From a virus (lineage: Duplodnaviria; Caudoviricetes): a stretch of DNA of 64,000 nt. Each line of letters opens with the position of its first letter. Position 1 is the stretch's first letter. The translations under genes and the position numbers were made by a program. This document shows, one piece after another, positions 55,224 to 64,000 of this stretch. The notes beneath the pieces were generated by a model. It was not told where the DNA came from, searched no databases, and saw only the letters and a list, made by a program, of their open reading frames with translations. Location: IMG/VR virus record IMGVR_UViG_3300037400_001962, positions 58,702 to 122,701 of that record. One strand, 5' to 3'.

Positions 55224-58113
55224 TATTCTCTTACCTCCGAAAAATCAATTTTATTAAAGATAAATTCTTTTCTAGGTTCAACGTCGCTCCCCATTAGTTC
55301 TTCCAACATATATAAACTATCTGGATCTGGTTCAAGAACATCCATACGTTGAAATTCAGGAGTAAACATAGACTTATGTGCTTGCTCTACGCTTAGAGCG
55401 CCCAGGCCTTTCGCGCGCTGAACTTCACCTTTAAGCTTACCGCGCACCTTATTAAATTCTTCATCTGTAAAGTAATAAGATTCATTTTTTCCATTCTTTA
55501 CGATATAAAGTGGAGAGCGGAGCCAACAAAGACGTTTTTCATTTAAAAACTCTGGTGCAAGGTATCGAAGTGCCGCCATTATAAGAAGTCCTATATGGTA
55601 ACCCAACCAATTCCAATGTTTCCATTGGGGCAGACTATATGTTACTCACCAATGTGAGAATACTCTTTCCACTTACGTACCAATAGTAAGTGTACTCTCC
55701 TTCCGGGAGATAGTCGTTACAGGCTTCATTTATTAACCCAAGTCTTTTGTTTCTTTTTGTATACTGGAAGGTCTTTATAGGTGCGGCCCCACAGTATTTG
55801 TTGTAGTGTTTGATAGCTACATCTATTTTGATAGTCTTTATAAATAGATCGTGCATCTTCATTTACATAGCGCTCGCGCATTTGAAGTACTTCATCAGAT
55901 GTGAATTTAGCCATTTCTGATTTACTTCCATCTGTTGCGTGTTGCATATAGTAGAGTTTATTTTCTTTGGTATAAACTTCCGGTTTAATATCTTTCCAAG
56001 TTGTGCCATCCCAAATTCTAGCAAATGAATCAAAAGCTATTTTATTTTTAAACTTCTCATATACTTCTTTACGTCTTAAATGTGCATCATAACATTCACG
56101 TATATAAGCCACATCATCATTTGTTAATTTGGTTCGACCGTTATGTTCTCCTCTACTATTTCCACCGCCAGGGTTGCAATTATAACCAAATCCTTTATAT
56201 GTGTTATAATATGCAATCCAATAAATTTCTCTTTCATCAAGCTATTCTAATGAACATTCCTCAATGATTTCAAATTTAAATGCGGTCGCGCCGTATTTTT
56301 GTATTGCTATTTCAATTGGAAGATCAATTTTATATTTATGTTCTTTAAAACGGCGTTCAATATCATTACTCTATCCGATATAGGACTTACCATTTTCAAT
56401 TTTTGTTATCTTATAAATGCCTATCATTGCGGCACCTCCACAATTATTAGGCTTGGGTTAATTCTGATTCCCACGGGATCTGCATGCCCACAAGGGGTTT
56501 AGCTTCTCTTACCACCATAACCTTTCGGTTTAGTTGCCCGTTAGCCTTCTAATTATAAGTAGAATATGTAAACCATCACTATATAATTTTGAAGACCCCG
56601 CTGGTTAGCGGTAAAGTATTTACAGACAGTTTTATTTATCTGAGTCGGCATCAGTACAGATTCCAATACGCCCATATCTAAGTTTTGAACTATTATACTT
56701 CCCCGGCACAATATTCATCGCGCTACAAAGTAATTTAATCTCTTCATTCTGAAAAATCTTTTCTTCCGGATGCGCAAGGCAATTCAAAATTTTTCCTCGA
56801 ATAGCCAAGATTCCGTAATTCTTATAATCACGCGCCTTCGCAATACCACCGGCCGCGGAGTCGCCTTCGACAATAAGTAGAGTTGCATTTTGTCCAAGAA
56901 ACTCTGCATCTTTGAGTTTATCAGATGAAAATACTTTTTTCTTTTGGTTCTTTTCGATGTCTTTTGTTGCTTCGAGGACTTGCTTGCGCGCGCGTTCAGC
57001 TGCAGCTTCTGCTTTAGCAATTTTTTTTAATAGCTCAACAATACTTTCAAATTCATCACTATATTTGCTTTTCATTTGCTTTAGTGCATTACTAAAACAA
57101 TTCGATGCAAGAGTACGGAGATTCGTATTATTGATTTTGGATTTGGTTTGATTTGCAAAAGAAGGCTGAGAAACTGAACAGTTAATCACATAGAACAATC
57201 CGCCGCGAATTGCATCACCATCAAAATTTTGTTTTGAAAGTGAATTAAATGTGCGCGTGATTGAAGTCTTTGCTCCGGTGATAGGGCTGCCGCCCTCGGG
57301 ACAAAGCAAACCATTTACAAAAACGTATGACTGCTCTTTTCCACTACCCCACTGAAAAGCAATTTCAAGTTTATCACCATTTGTATCGGTTACTGAATCA
57401 TAGATGATATGTTTATGAAGTGGCTTGGAATTATTATCTTTTACAAAATCAATAATACCATTCTTTGCACAATAAGTCTGTACTTCTTTTGTATTTTGAT
57501 TTGTAATAGTAAAAGTAATACCACTATAAAGATAACTAATATTTTTTATATCATCACAAATCTTTTGATATGAATATCCAATTTCTCCAGTTTTAAACAC
57601 TTCTGGATCTGGAATGAACCATACTTCTGTACCATTGGGTTCAAGTGTTTTATGAGTATCATTATAGTATTGGAGTTCACCTTTTGTAAATTCCGCGCGC
57701 GCTTCAATTCCATCGCGGAAGCTTCGAACTTGAAATTCGAGCGCGCTTAAACATACACACTTAGCTCCAATGCCATTGAGACCGCTGGCATTCTTGTATG
57801 CGCCTTCTTCAAATTTACCGCCAGTATGAGATTTAGAGTAGATAGAAACAAGGACATTTTCTCCGTCATCTCTTACTCCGAAAGGGACACCACGCCCGTA
57901 ATCTCGAACTGCAATAGCATTAAGTTCTTCATCTACTGAAATTTCAATTTTATCACCATATCCAGCAATAGCTTCGTCGGTAGAATTATTTATGATTTCT
58001 TTAAAAGCTTGATATGTACCTTCGAGGTCATCAGAACCGAGATACATCTGAATACGTGATCTTACTCCATCTTTAAAAGAAAGAGATTGAATATCATTTA
58101 TTCCATAACTCAT
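55223..58113 (-). CDS. gyrB: Type IIA topoisomerase subunit B; exons 58113-56638 and 55603-55223
   Basis: GHKL motifs (EIINNS, DYGRG, HTGGKF, GLNGIG), VEGDSA and IRGKILN. Splicing restores TDADSDGYHI. Confidence 0.9.
55604..56637 (-). mobile_element. Group I intron in gyrB
   Basis: P1 CAGAU|...GUCUG with U.G, AACGACTA / ATATAGTC P7 pair, terminal G, in-frame join. Confidence 0.85.
55726..56427 (-). CDS. Intron-encoded GIY-YIG endonuclease (two TAGs read as Gln)
   Basis: GGAGG, then MIGIYKITKIENGKSYIGQSNDIERRFKEH...EIYWI...GYNCNPGG; in frame with track ORF 55726-56112. Confidence 0.8.
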
Positions 58114-58145
58114 TTATTTATCTCCTACTGTTTCATTATATAAAT

Positions 58146-58174
58146 ATTATAACATAAAAATAATCAGAAGTCAA
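58146..58174 (-). promoter_or_regulatory. Sigma-A-type promoter for gyrB
   Basis: TTGACT-17 nt-TATAAT with TG; -35 box lies within the inverted repeat ATCAGAAG..CTTCTGAT. Confidence 0.75.
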
Positions 58175-58263
58175 ATTCGGCTTCTGATACATTATTATAT
58201 TTTTAAAGGCTCCGCCTATTTTTCTGATTTTAGTTTATCATAAAATTTAAATTAATTCAAATC

Positions 58264-58292
58264 TTGAATTTATATTATATTTATGATATTAT
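58264..58292 (+). promoter_or_regulatory. Divergent sigma-A-type promoter
   Basis: TTGAAT-17 nt-TATTAT with TG. Confidence 0.5.
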
Positions 58293-58311
58293 ATTTATAG
58301 AAGGTGATAAA

Positions 58312-58494
58312 ATGTTTAAAGTAAAAAGAATTAAAACAGATGAAATTATTCAAGTGCTTGACGCTTATTGTGATGAATATAGTAAAACTTGGTTTCTTAT
58401 TTGGGAGAATGATGGATGGAGATGGCGGCCGGCTAATGATTTTTGTCCGCCAAATTATATATCATCAGAATGTAAATGTAAAACGGCTCAATAA
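58312..58494 (+). CDS. Small hypothetical protein
   Basis: AAGGTG RBS, MFKVKRIK..., own promoter and terminator. Confidence 0.55.
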   Translation: MFKVKRIKTDEIIQVLDAYCDEYSKTWFLIWENDGWRWRPANDFCPPNYISSECKCKTAQ

Positions 58495-58506
58495 ATGAGC
58501 CGTTTT
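58480..58506. terminator. Bidirectional terminator
   Basis: AAAACGGCTCA-ataaa-TGAGCCGTTTT. Confidence 0.75.
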
Positions 58507-58512
58507 AACTAT

Positions 58513-58635
58513 TTAATTTGAATTTGGTGGGTCAGGTATATTCGGTGTTACCACTTCATAATCAAGAGATAATGCAATCTTCACCGCAGTATCTATTTGT
58601 AAACCAGTATAACTTGAATTATAATCTTCTTCCAT
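58513..58635 (-). CDS. ~40 aa ORF with a YNSSYTG.QID motif seen at the start of phage fibre proteins (possible remnant)
   Basis: GAGGTG RBS; MEEDYNSSYTGLQIDTAV. Confidence 0.4.
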   Translation of the reverse strand: MEEDYNSSYTGLQIDTAVKIALSLDYEVVTPNIPDPPNSN

Positions 58636-58639
58636 ATTA

Positions 58640-59017
58640 TCACCTCATACAAAGAAATTTTTTACTATCTTTTGTAGTAAGTCCAGTTGAATTTAATGGT
58701 ATAAAAGCATAATTATCGTTCCAACTACCATCTTCACTTTGAGCGTAAAGGCTAATTCGGTATTCTCCTTCTCCATTTATAAGTTTATTATCATAAATTT
58801 CAAAAGTACGTTGTACTCCCGCGGGAGTAGTAGTAAAGAAACTAAAAATAAGTTCCCCTATCCCGCGGCCGTAAGATTGACCTAATTTAGTGGCTCTGCA
58901 TTCAAATGCTTGATAAGGAATATCAGAAGAAAAAGAAACACTAATATGATTATAACCTGAGACTGAGCTAATCTTGTTACCTCCAGTAACGGAAAAAGTT
59001 AATTGTGGTGCTGGCAT
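58640..59017 (-). CDS. Putative Ig-like virion accessory protein
   Basis: MPAPQLTFSV...; similar to the C-terminal half of the upstream gene (KISSVSGYN vs KMSKVNGYN; DGSWN vs NGNWS). Confidence 0.55.
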   Translation of the reverse strand: MPAPQLTFSVTGGNKISSVSGYNHISVSFSSDIPYQAFECRATKLGQSYGRGIGELIFSFFTTTPAGVQRTFEIYDNKLINGEGEYRISLYAQSEDGSWNDNYAFIPLNSTGLTTKDSKKFLCMR

Positions 59018-59018
59018 A

Positions 59019-59681
59019 TTAGAGACTCCAGTTACCGTTAGAATCTTTAACAAAAACTTTGATAAGTTTTGCGCCGTCACCAGAGGAAGCTGCTTCAAGA
59101 TCTGCACCATAAATTGTACAATTAATAATAGAATTAGCTTCAGTTGTCGTAGTGCCAGTCATATTTATAGAACCACCAGTAGTAGGAATTACTTTTTGAG
59201 AGTCATAAGGATTATCAGCATCACTAACATCGTCGAAAGCACATACAGCCCATTCAACAAATGCATCATCCGCGCTAAACTTAAATGTACAAGTATTATA
59301 TCCGTTAACTTTAGACATTTTAGTTCTACTCCAATTTGAAACAGTAACTATTGGACCAGCAGTATCAAGAGTAATAGTTGTAAAAGTAGAAGTAGATACA
59401 TTTCCAACATCATCTATAAATTTGATATAAATAGTTTTAGTTCCGTCAACATCATCAGAAAGGGTAAGATTATAACTGTTACTATAATTTACCCAACTAG
59501 CTGTTCCTTCAGTAACTGTCTAGTTATTAACTACAATATCACCCCAAATTTTCATTTGGACAGCACCATCTGCACTAATGTTTGCAGTTATATTTTTAGT
59601 ATTTGTAATTTGATTATTAAATGATATACTACCATTAAGCGGCGCAGTAGTATCTAATGTTAAATTAAAATAAGATGCCAT
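59019..59681 (-). CDS. Ig-like domain virion protein (one TAG read as Gln)
   Basis: GGAGG; MASYFNLTLDTTAP...DGTKTIYIKFIDDVGN...ITLDTAGP. Confidence 0.65.
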
Positions 59682-59886
59682 ATTATTGCCTCCAATATCA
59701 TATTTATTAAATAATATTATTTATTTCTTCATTAGAAGAATTTGTAATAGGCAGAGTAGGCTGTGTTTGAAGAACAAGATAAAAATAATTTTTCCTTCTC
59801 ATAGATCTATCATAATATATCTTCTCATCTTTTATCATTTTCCCAAAATCAAGTGGATAATACTCTTTTCCATTTTTAATTATCAA

Positions 59887-60465
59887 TTATGTGCCCTCCT
59901 CAATACAATAACATATGTTTGGATCTTTCTAAGAAATAGCATTATATTCTGCTCGTGTGCCAAACCAAAAATTTGCATTGCCGCCAGAGCCTGATGACCC
60001 GCCAGCCGCGATAATTTCTAAACCACGATCTACAAATTGTTTTAATGCTAAAAATTCATCTGAAGAAAAAGTGTCTGGATTGCTCATGCTATTTGGAGAG
60101 GCCTATACATTAATTATAAAAGAAGCTGTAGATATTACTTTACCAGTAGTATTTACTCCATCAAATTCAACTAAATCAGCGTATACTCGTCCAGCAACAG
60201 CAAGACACTACTTTGTTAATGTTATACTTACAGTTCCATTAGAATTAACTTCTCCTTGTATTTCTCCAGTATGTTTGTCTGGTTTACAATACCTTAACCA
60301 TACAACGTTTCCTCTTGGAATTGAATATTTTTCATTATTTTTAATAAGCTGTACTACTAAAACGCGAGAATCTACATCATTCTACTTAGCATTTATGACT
60401 GGGTAGGCTGAATTAGGATCTACGTCAAGTATTATTTCTTGTGTATATTCAAAATTCTAACTCAT
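59887..60465 (-). CDS. BppU-like (upper baseplate N-terminal domain) protein (TAG read as Gln; absent from the ORF track)
   Basis: AKQNDVDSR, KPD, LTKQCLAVAG and SSDEFLAL motifs; open from ATG 60465 to TAA 59887 apart from TAGs. Confidence 0.65.
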
Positions 60466-60544
60466 AATTACCATCCTCTAACTATTAGTGATGTGCTATT
60501 GTCCTATAATATAAAGTAAAATAAATTTAAAATAAATATAAAAA

Positions 60545-60577
60545 AATAAACCCTCAGATAATTCTGAGGGTTTTTAT
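60545..60577 (-). terminator. Intrinsic terminator
   Basis: AAACCCTCAGA-taat-TCTGAGGGTTT with A/T tails. Confidence 0.7.
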
Positions 60578-60855
60578 TAACCAAATAGTGCATTTACCAT
60601 CTTTGAAAGTGAATCCCACTCTTCTTTAGTGTCTTCTGCTTTAAAGGTTTTGTGATACGCACCGTGCTTCTTGCAAAAATCACTAAGTGCTTTTTCATAA
60701 GCTACTCGCGCACCCACACATGCTTTATATGCGGCATCAACTTTCTCTGCGTCAATTTTGCGTGCGTTAATTTTGTTAGTGACTTCAGTTTCTGCTTCCT
60801 TAAGCTCATTTACTGTATCATATACTTTGCCAGTTACTTCGCTAAAATACTTCAT
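60577..60855 (-). CDS. Hypothetical early protein
   Basis: 92 aa, AAGGAG RBS, own promoter and terminator, TAG-free. Confidence 0.65.
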   Translation of the reverse strand: MKYFSEVTGKVYDTVNELKEAETEVTNKINARKIDAEKVDAAYKACVGARVAYEKALSDFCKKHGAYHKTFKAEDTKEEWDSLSKMVNALFG

Positions 60856-60913
60856 AATAAATATCTCCTTTTATATTTATTTATAAACGTGTTCCTATCC
60901 ACGTTTATAAGTT

Positions 60914-60942
60914 ATTATAACATAAATTTTCTTAAAAATCAA
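60914..60942 (-). promoter_or_regulatory. Sigma-A-type promoter
   Basis: TTGATT-17 nt-TATAAT with TG. Confidence 0.65.
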
Positions 60943-61021
60943 ATTTTTATATAGTATTCAAATTTAAAGAGGAATGTTTTTATTTGCTTACTTAATTAAT
61001 AGAATACTGGAGGTGATCGTT

Positions 61022-61336
61022 TTGATAATTGGGACAACTCCAACTTTTACTCTTACAATTCCAAACAAAGGAAATTTAAATTTAAACGATGCAGAAAAAA
61101 TTTATTTTACAATACGGTAGGGGAGTCTAGTAATTACAAAAACTGGAGAAAATGTTAATATAATAGATGAACATACTGTTTAGGTTTCTTTTACATAGCA
61201 AGAAACTCTTCAATTTAGATATAATGCTCCTGCAAAGATTCAATTGAACTGGATTTATATTAATGGCGCGCGAGCAGCAAGTAAAATTAGAACTATTTAG
61301 CTTTCAGAAAATTTAATTCATGAGGTGCTTGAATAA
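61022..61336 (+). CDS. Putative virion structural protein (four TAGs read as Gln; absent from the ORF track)
   Basis: GGAGGTG plus TTG start; MIIGTTPTFTL...FTQQETL; TAATG coupling to the next gene. Confidence 0.6.
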
Positions 61337-61662
61337 TGGAAACTAAATATGGTATAATTTTAGATAATAATAGTAATATTGAATTAGAATTAGAAGATGA
61401 TTCATATAATTTAGATATAGAAGAATCAATAAATCCAGGAGAGCCTTCTGGCGGGCAAAATTATGAAGTTTTAAGAAATAAACCTTCAATTAATTCAGTA
61501 GAACTTGTAGGAAATTTAACAACAGAAGATTTAAAATTAGATTATAATTCAATACCAAATAAGCCCACAATAAATTCTAAACTAATTCAAGGTAATATTA
61601 CTTTAGAAGATTTAGGGTTAGGTGTTAGTGACATAGCCAGTATTAATAAATTATTTAATTAA
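61336..61662 (+). CDS. Putative fibre-associated protein with two NKP(S/T)IN repeats
   Basis: Y..L.NKPSINSVELVGN..EDL unit repeated twice. Confidence 0.55.
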   Translation: METKYGIILDNNSNIELELEDDSYNLDIEESINPGEPSGGQNYEVLRNKPSINSVELVGNLTTEDLKLDYNSIPNKPTINSKLIQGNITLEDLGLGVSDIASINKLFN

Positions 61663-61676
61663 TGGAGGAAATATAC

Positions 61677-62561
61677 ATGTCAATAGATTTATCAAAATTA
61701 ATAGATTATGATTTATTGGCCTATTTTAAATCAAAATTAGATACTTTGTTCGCGAATAAAGTAGATAAAGAAACTGGTAAGGGTTTGTCATCCAATGATT
61801 ATACTAGCGAAGAAAAAGCTAAGCTTGCCAATATTGCCGCAGGCGCACAGGTTAACGTGCTTGAGGGCATCCAAAAGAATGGGCAGACTATTACGCCTGT
61901 GAATAAGATTGCCAACATCCCTGTTCCGACAAAAACAAGTGACCTGACCAATGACAGCGGGTTTATTACCGCTGAAGATGTACCGGACGGTTCTGCCGCG
62001 TCTACTACCGTGCCTCTAATGGATGGTACTGCATCTACTGGTACTGAGACAACCTTCGCCCGTGGCGATCATAGACACCCAAGTGATACCAGTAAGGCTG
62101 ATTTGGCAAGTCCTGAATTTACTGGGACTCCGAAAGCGCCTACCGCTGCTGCAGGAACAAACACCACGCAGATTGCCACGACCGCTTTTGTCAACAGCGC
62201 GGTCAGTAGTAAGGCCAACAGTGCAGACGTGTATACCAAAACTGAGATTGATAACAAGCTCAGTTCAACATTCAAACCAGGTGGCTCTGTGGCATTTCAA
62301 AACCTCCCTGCGCTGTCTGCGGGGAACCTTGGCAAAATCCTCAACGTGACAGATTCTTTTACTACCACGGCAGATTTTGTTGAAGGCGCTGATAAGACTT
62401 ATCCCGCAGGGACAAATGTTGCCATTGTTGATGTTGGTACTTCCGGTTCTCCATCCTATAAATATGATGTTCAGGGCAGTTTCTTTGATTTGAGTGGTTA
62501 CGCCGAGGACAGTGATTTCGGGCTTGCCACTACGGGCGAAATTGATGAACTTTTTACTTAA
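61677..62561 (+). CDS. Putative head/tail fibre protein
   Basis: KVDKETGKGLSSNDYT, KTSDLTNDSGF, ARGDHRHP and FTGTPKAPT..TQIATTAFV fibre motifs; GGAGG before ATG 61677. Confidence 0.65.
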   Translation: MSIDLSKLIDYDLLAYFKSKLDTLFANKVDKETGKGLSSNDYTSEEKAKLANIAAGAQVNVLEGIQKNGQTITPVNKIANIPVPTKTSDLTNDSGFITAEDVPDGSAASTTVPLMDGTASTGTETTFARGDHRHPSDTSKADLASPEFTGTPKAPTAAAGTNTTQIATTAFVNSAVSSKANSADVYTKTEIDNKLSSTFKPGGSVAFQNLPALSAGNLGKILNVTDSFTTTADFVEGADKTYPAGTNVAIVDVGTSGSPSYKYDVQGSFFDLSGYAEDSDFGLATTGEIDELFT

Positions 62562-62581
62562 TCAAGAAGGAGGTGTGCCGA

Positions 62582-63730
62582 ATGGCACAGTATGAAAAAC
62601 TAATCAACCTCGGCCTACTCAGTCAGTTCCTGACAAAGGCCAAAACAATCTTCGCGCCCAAGATCACCGCCTCCGGCATCCTAAAGGGTGACGGGCAGGG
62701 CGGTGTGTCAGCAGCAGTAGCGGGAACGGACTACGCAACGCCAGGCCTCGGCCTCACCGGAGCCTCCGTAGGCGACCTTGTGAGGGTCAATGCTGTTGAT
62801 GCAAATGGTAAACCTACATCGTGGAATCGAGTAGCGCTGAATGAAATCAAGACTAATACGAATTTGCTCGACAACTGGTACTTTGTCGGCGGCGGGTCTC
62901 AGCTCGGTGATGGTGTGTTCCCTATAAATCAGAGGGGACAGACGGTATACAGCGGCATAGGGTATGGGATTGATAGATGGAAAAACACCACTATGCCTGT
63001 TGCAATTTCCAGTAATAATGTAGCACTTACAAATTCAAATAGTACAAATCAAGAGTTTTTTGAAATCATAAGTAGTAATTTTAATGTTTTCTCTGGAAGA
63101 ACTTTGACTATTAGCATTCTTACCAGTAGTGGTGTTTTGTATTCCAGTGCAGGTACTATTGCAGTAGCACAGCCATCTTCGACTACAGCGTATATAACGG
63201 CGAACATACCGAATGTTGGTACAGTTCAGTTATCGTGGTCAAAACCAAATCAATATTATTTTTATAATATTAGAATTCAGCCTGGTAAAGCTCTGGAAAT
63301 TGTTGCTGTCAAACTCGAACTAGGCTCCGAGCAAACTCTTGCACATAACGAAGGCACTGAGCAAAACCCCCTTTGGGTATTGAACGAAGTGCCCGATTAC
63401 AGTGAGGAATTGTTCAAATGCGTCACATCGACCGCTGATTCTGCTGACCCATATGCCAACAAAACGTATAATAAAGTTTTTTCAGCGAAAAACAGAATTG
63501 AAGCGTCTGAAGACTTTGATAATTATCGCGGTATAAATGCGATTGGATTCTATACTGTAAACGGCACGCCTACTAATGCCCCAGCAAGTTTTGGCACGTT
63601 ACTTGTATTTCAATCGGCGTCATCCACTGGATGTACACAGATGTATCTAGCGCAAGGCAAAATATTTTTACGACAATATGGTGGAAATCCGTCCTCTTGG
63701 GGTTCTTGGAAGAGTATTTCACTTTCATAA
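62582..63730 (+). CDS. Putative tail fibre / receptor-binding protein
   Basis: GILKGDG, NLLDNWYF..PINQRG..IDRW and VKLELG motifs, with a knob-like C-terminus ending WGSWK. Confidence 0.65.
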   Translation: MAQYEKLINLGLLSQFLTKAKTIFAPKITASGILKGDGQGGVSAAVAGTDYATPGLGLTGASVGDLVRVNAVDANGKPTSWNRVALNEIKTNTNLLDNWYFVGGGSQLGDGVFPINQRGQTVYSGIGYGIDRWKNTTMPVAISSNNVALTNSNSTNQEFFEIISSNFNVFSGRTLTISILTSSGVLYSSAGTIAVAQPSSTTAYITANIPNVGTVQLSWSKPNQYYFYNIRIQPGKALEIVAVKLELGSEQTLAHNEGTEQNPLWVLNEVPDYSEELFKCVTSTADSADPYANKTYNKVFSAKNRIEASEDFDNYRGINAIGFYTVNGTPTNAPASFGTLLVFQSASSTGCTQMYLAQGKIFLRQYGGNPSSWGSWKSISLS

Positions 63731-63751
63731 TAGTTAAAGGAGGAAAAACAA

Positions 63752-63970
63752 ATGTACATTATTCAGGAGATCCAAACAAACGGCAACAATACTGCCCTTC
63801 TCCCCGCAATCACCAAGACCGATAAGAACGAAATGGAGTCCACCGTGCACTCTATCCTCGCCTCTGCCGCCATCAGCACCGTGCAGGTGCACGCGGTCGT
63901 GGTGTATGACGAGCACGGAAATCAGGTGGTTCATAAGTACTATGAGCACATCCCGGAGGCTCAGGCGTGA
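63752..63970 (+). CDS. Small hypothetical protein downstream of the fibre gene
   Basis: AGGAGG RBS; 72 aa. Confidence 0.6.
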   Translation: MYIIQEIQTNGNNTALLPAITKTDKNEMESTVHSILASAAISTVQVHAVVVYDEHGNQVVHKYYEHIPEAQA

Positions 63971-64000
63971 TATGGACGAGCCGACAGTTGAGGTCATAGA

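Noticed and set aside
59700-59886. Possible small gene or programmed frameshift between the BppU-like and Ig-like genes
   Set aside because: Only a 28-codon TTG ORF plus an overlapping start-less frame; a remnant cannot be distinguished from an assembly indel.
1-64000. Amber suppressor tRNA, release factor, lysis genes, DGR reverse transcriptase
   Set aside because: None recognised by eye. They may lie outside the window; tRNAscan-SE/Aragorn would be needed to exclude a tRNA.

Overview
A 64 kb, AT-rich slice of a large tailed phage genome, probably siphovirus-like and probably infecting a gut Firmicute (sigma-A type promoters, GGAGG ribosome-binding sites). The supplied ORF track is fragmented because TAG is read as a sense codon, almost certainly Gln (genetic code 15). 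Reading TAG as Gln restores a complete + strand morphogenesis operon at 1-26.6 kb: terminase, portal, protease/scaffold, capsid, neck, tail tube, a ~2490 aa tape measure protein, Dit and a ~2470 aa tail tip protein. The - strand arm at 26.7-58.1 kb carries nucleotide metabolism genes (dUTPase, uracil permease, NDT, NrdDGH) and a replication set that is almost TAG-free (DnaE, MTase, RecJ, primase, helicase, ATPase, SSB, GyrA/B). A second cluster of accessory virion genes lies at 58.5-64 kb. Four group I introns can be located to the nucleotide by hand: in nrdD, primase and gyrB, plus an ORF-less one inside the tail tip gene. There are six homing-type endonucleases, one of which appears to have replaced the 3' end of ruvC. 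Other unexplained signals are a candidate late-promoter motif and an apparent excess of CGCG/GCGCGC words. No suppressor tRNA, release factor, lysis gene or CRISPR array was seen. All translations and structures were worked out by eye; no database searches were run.
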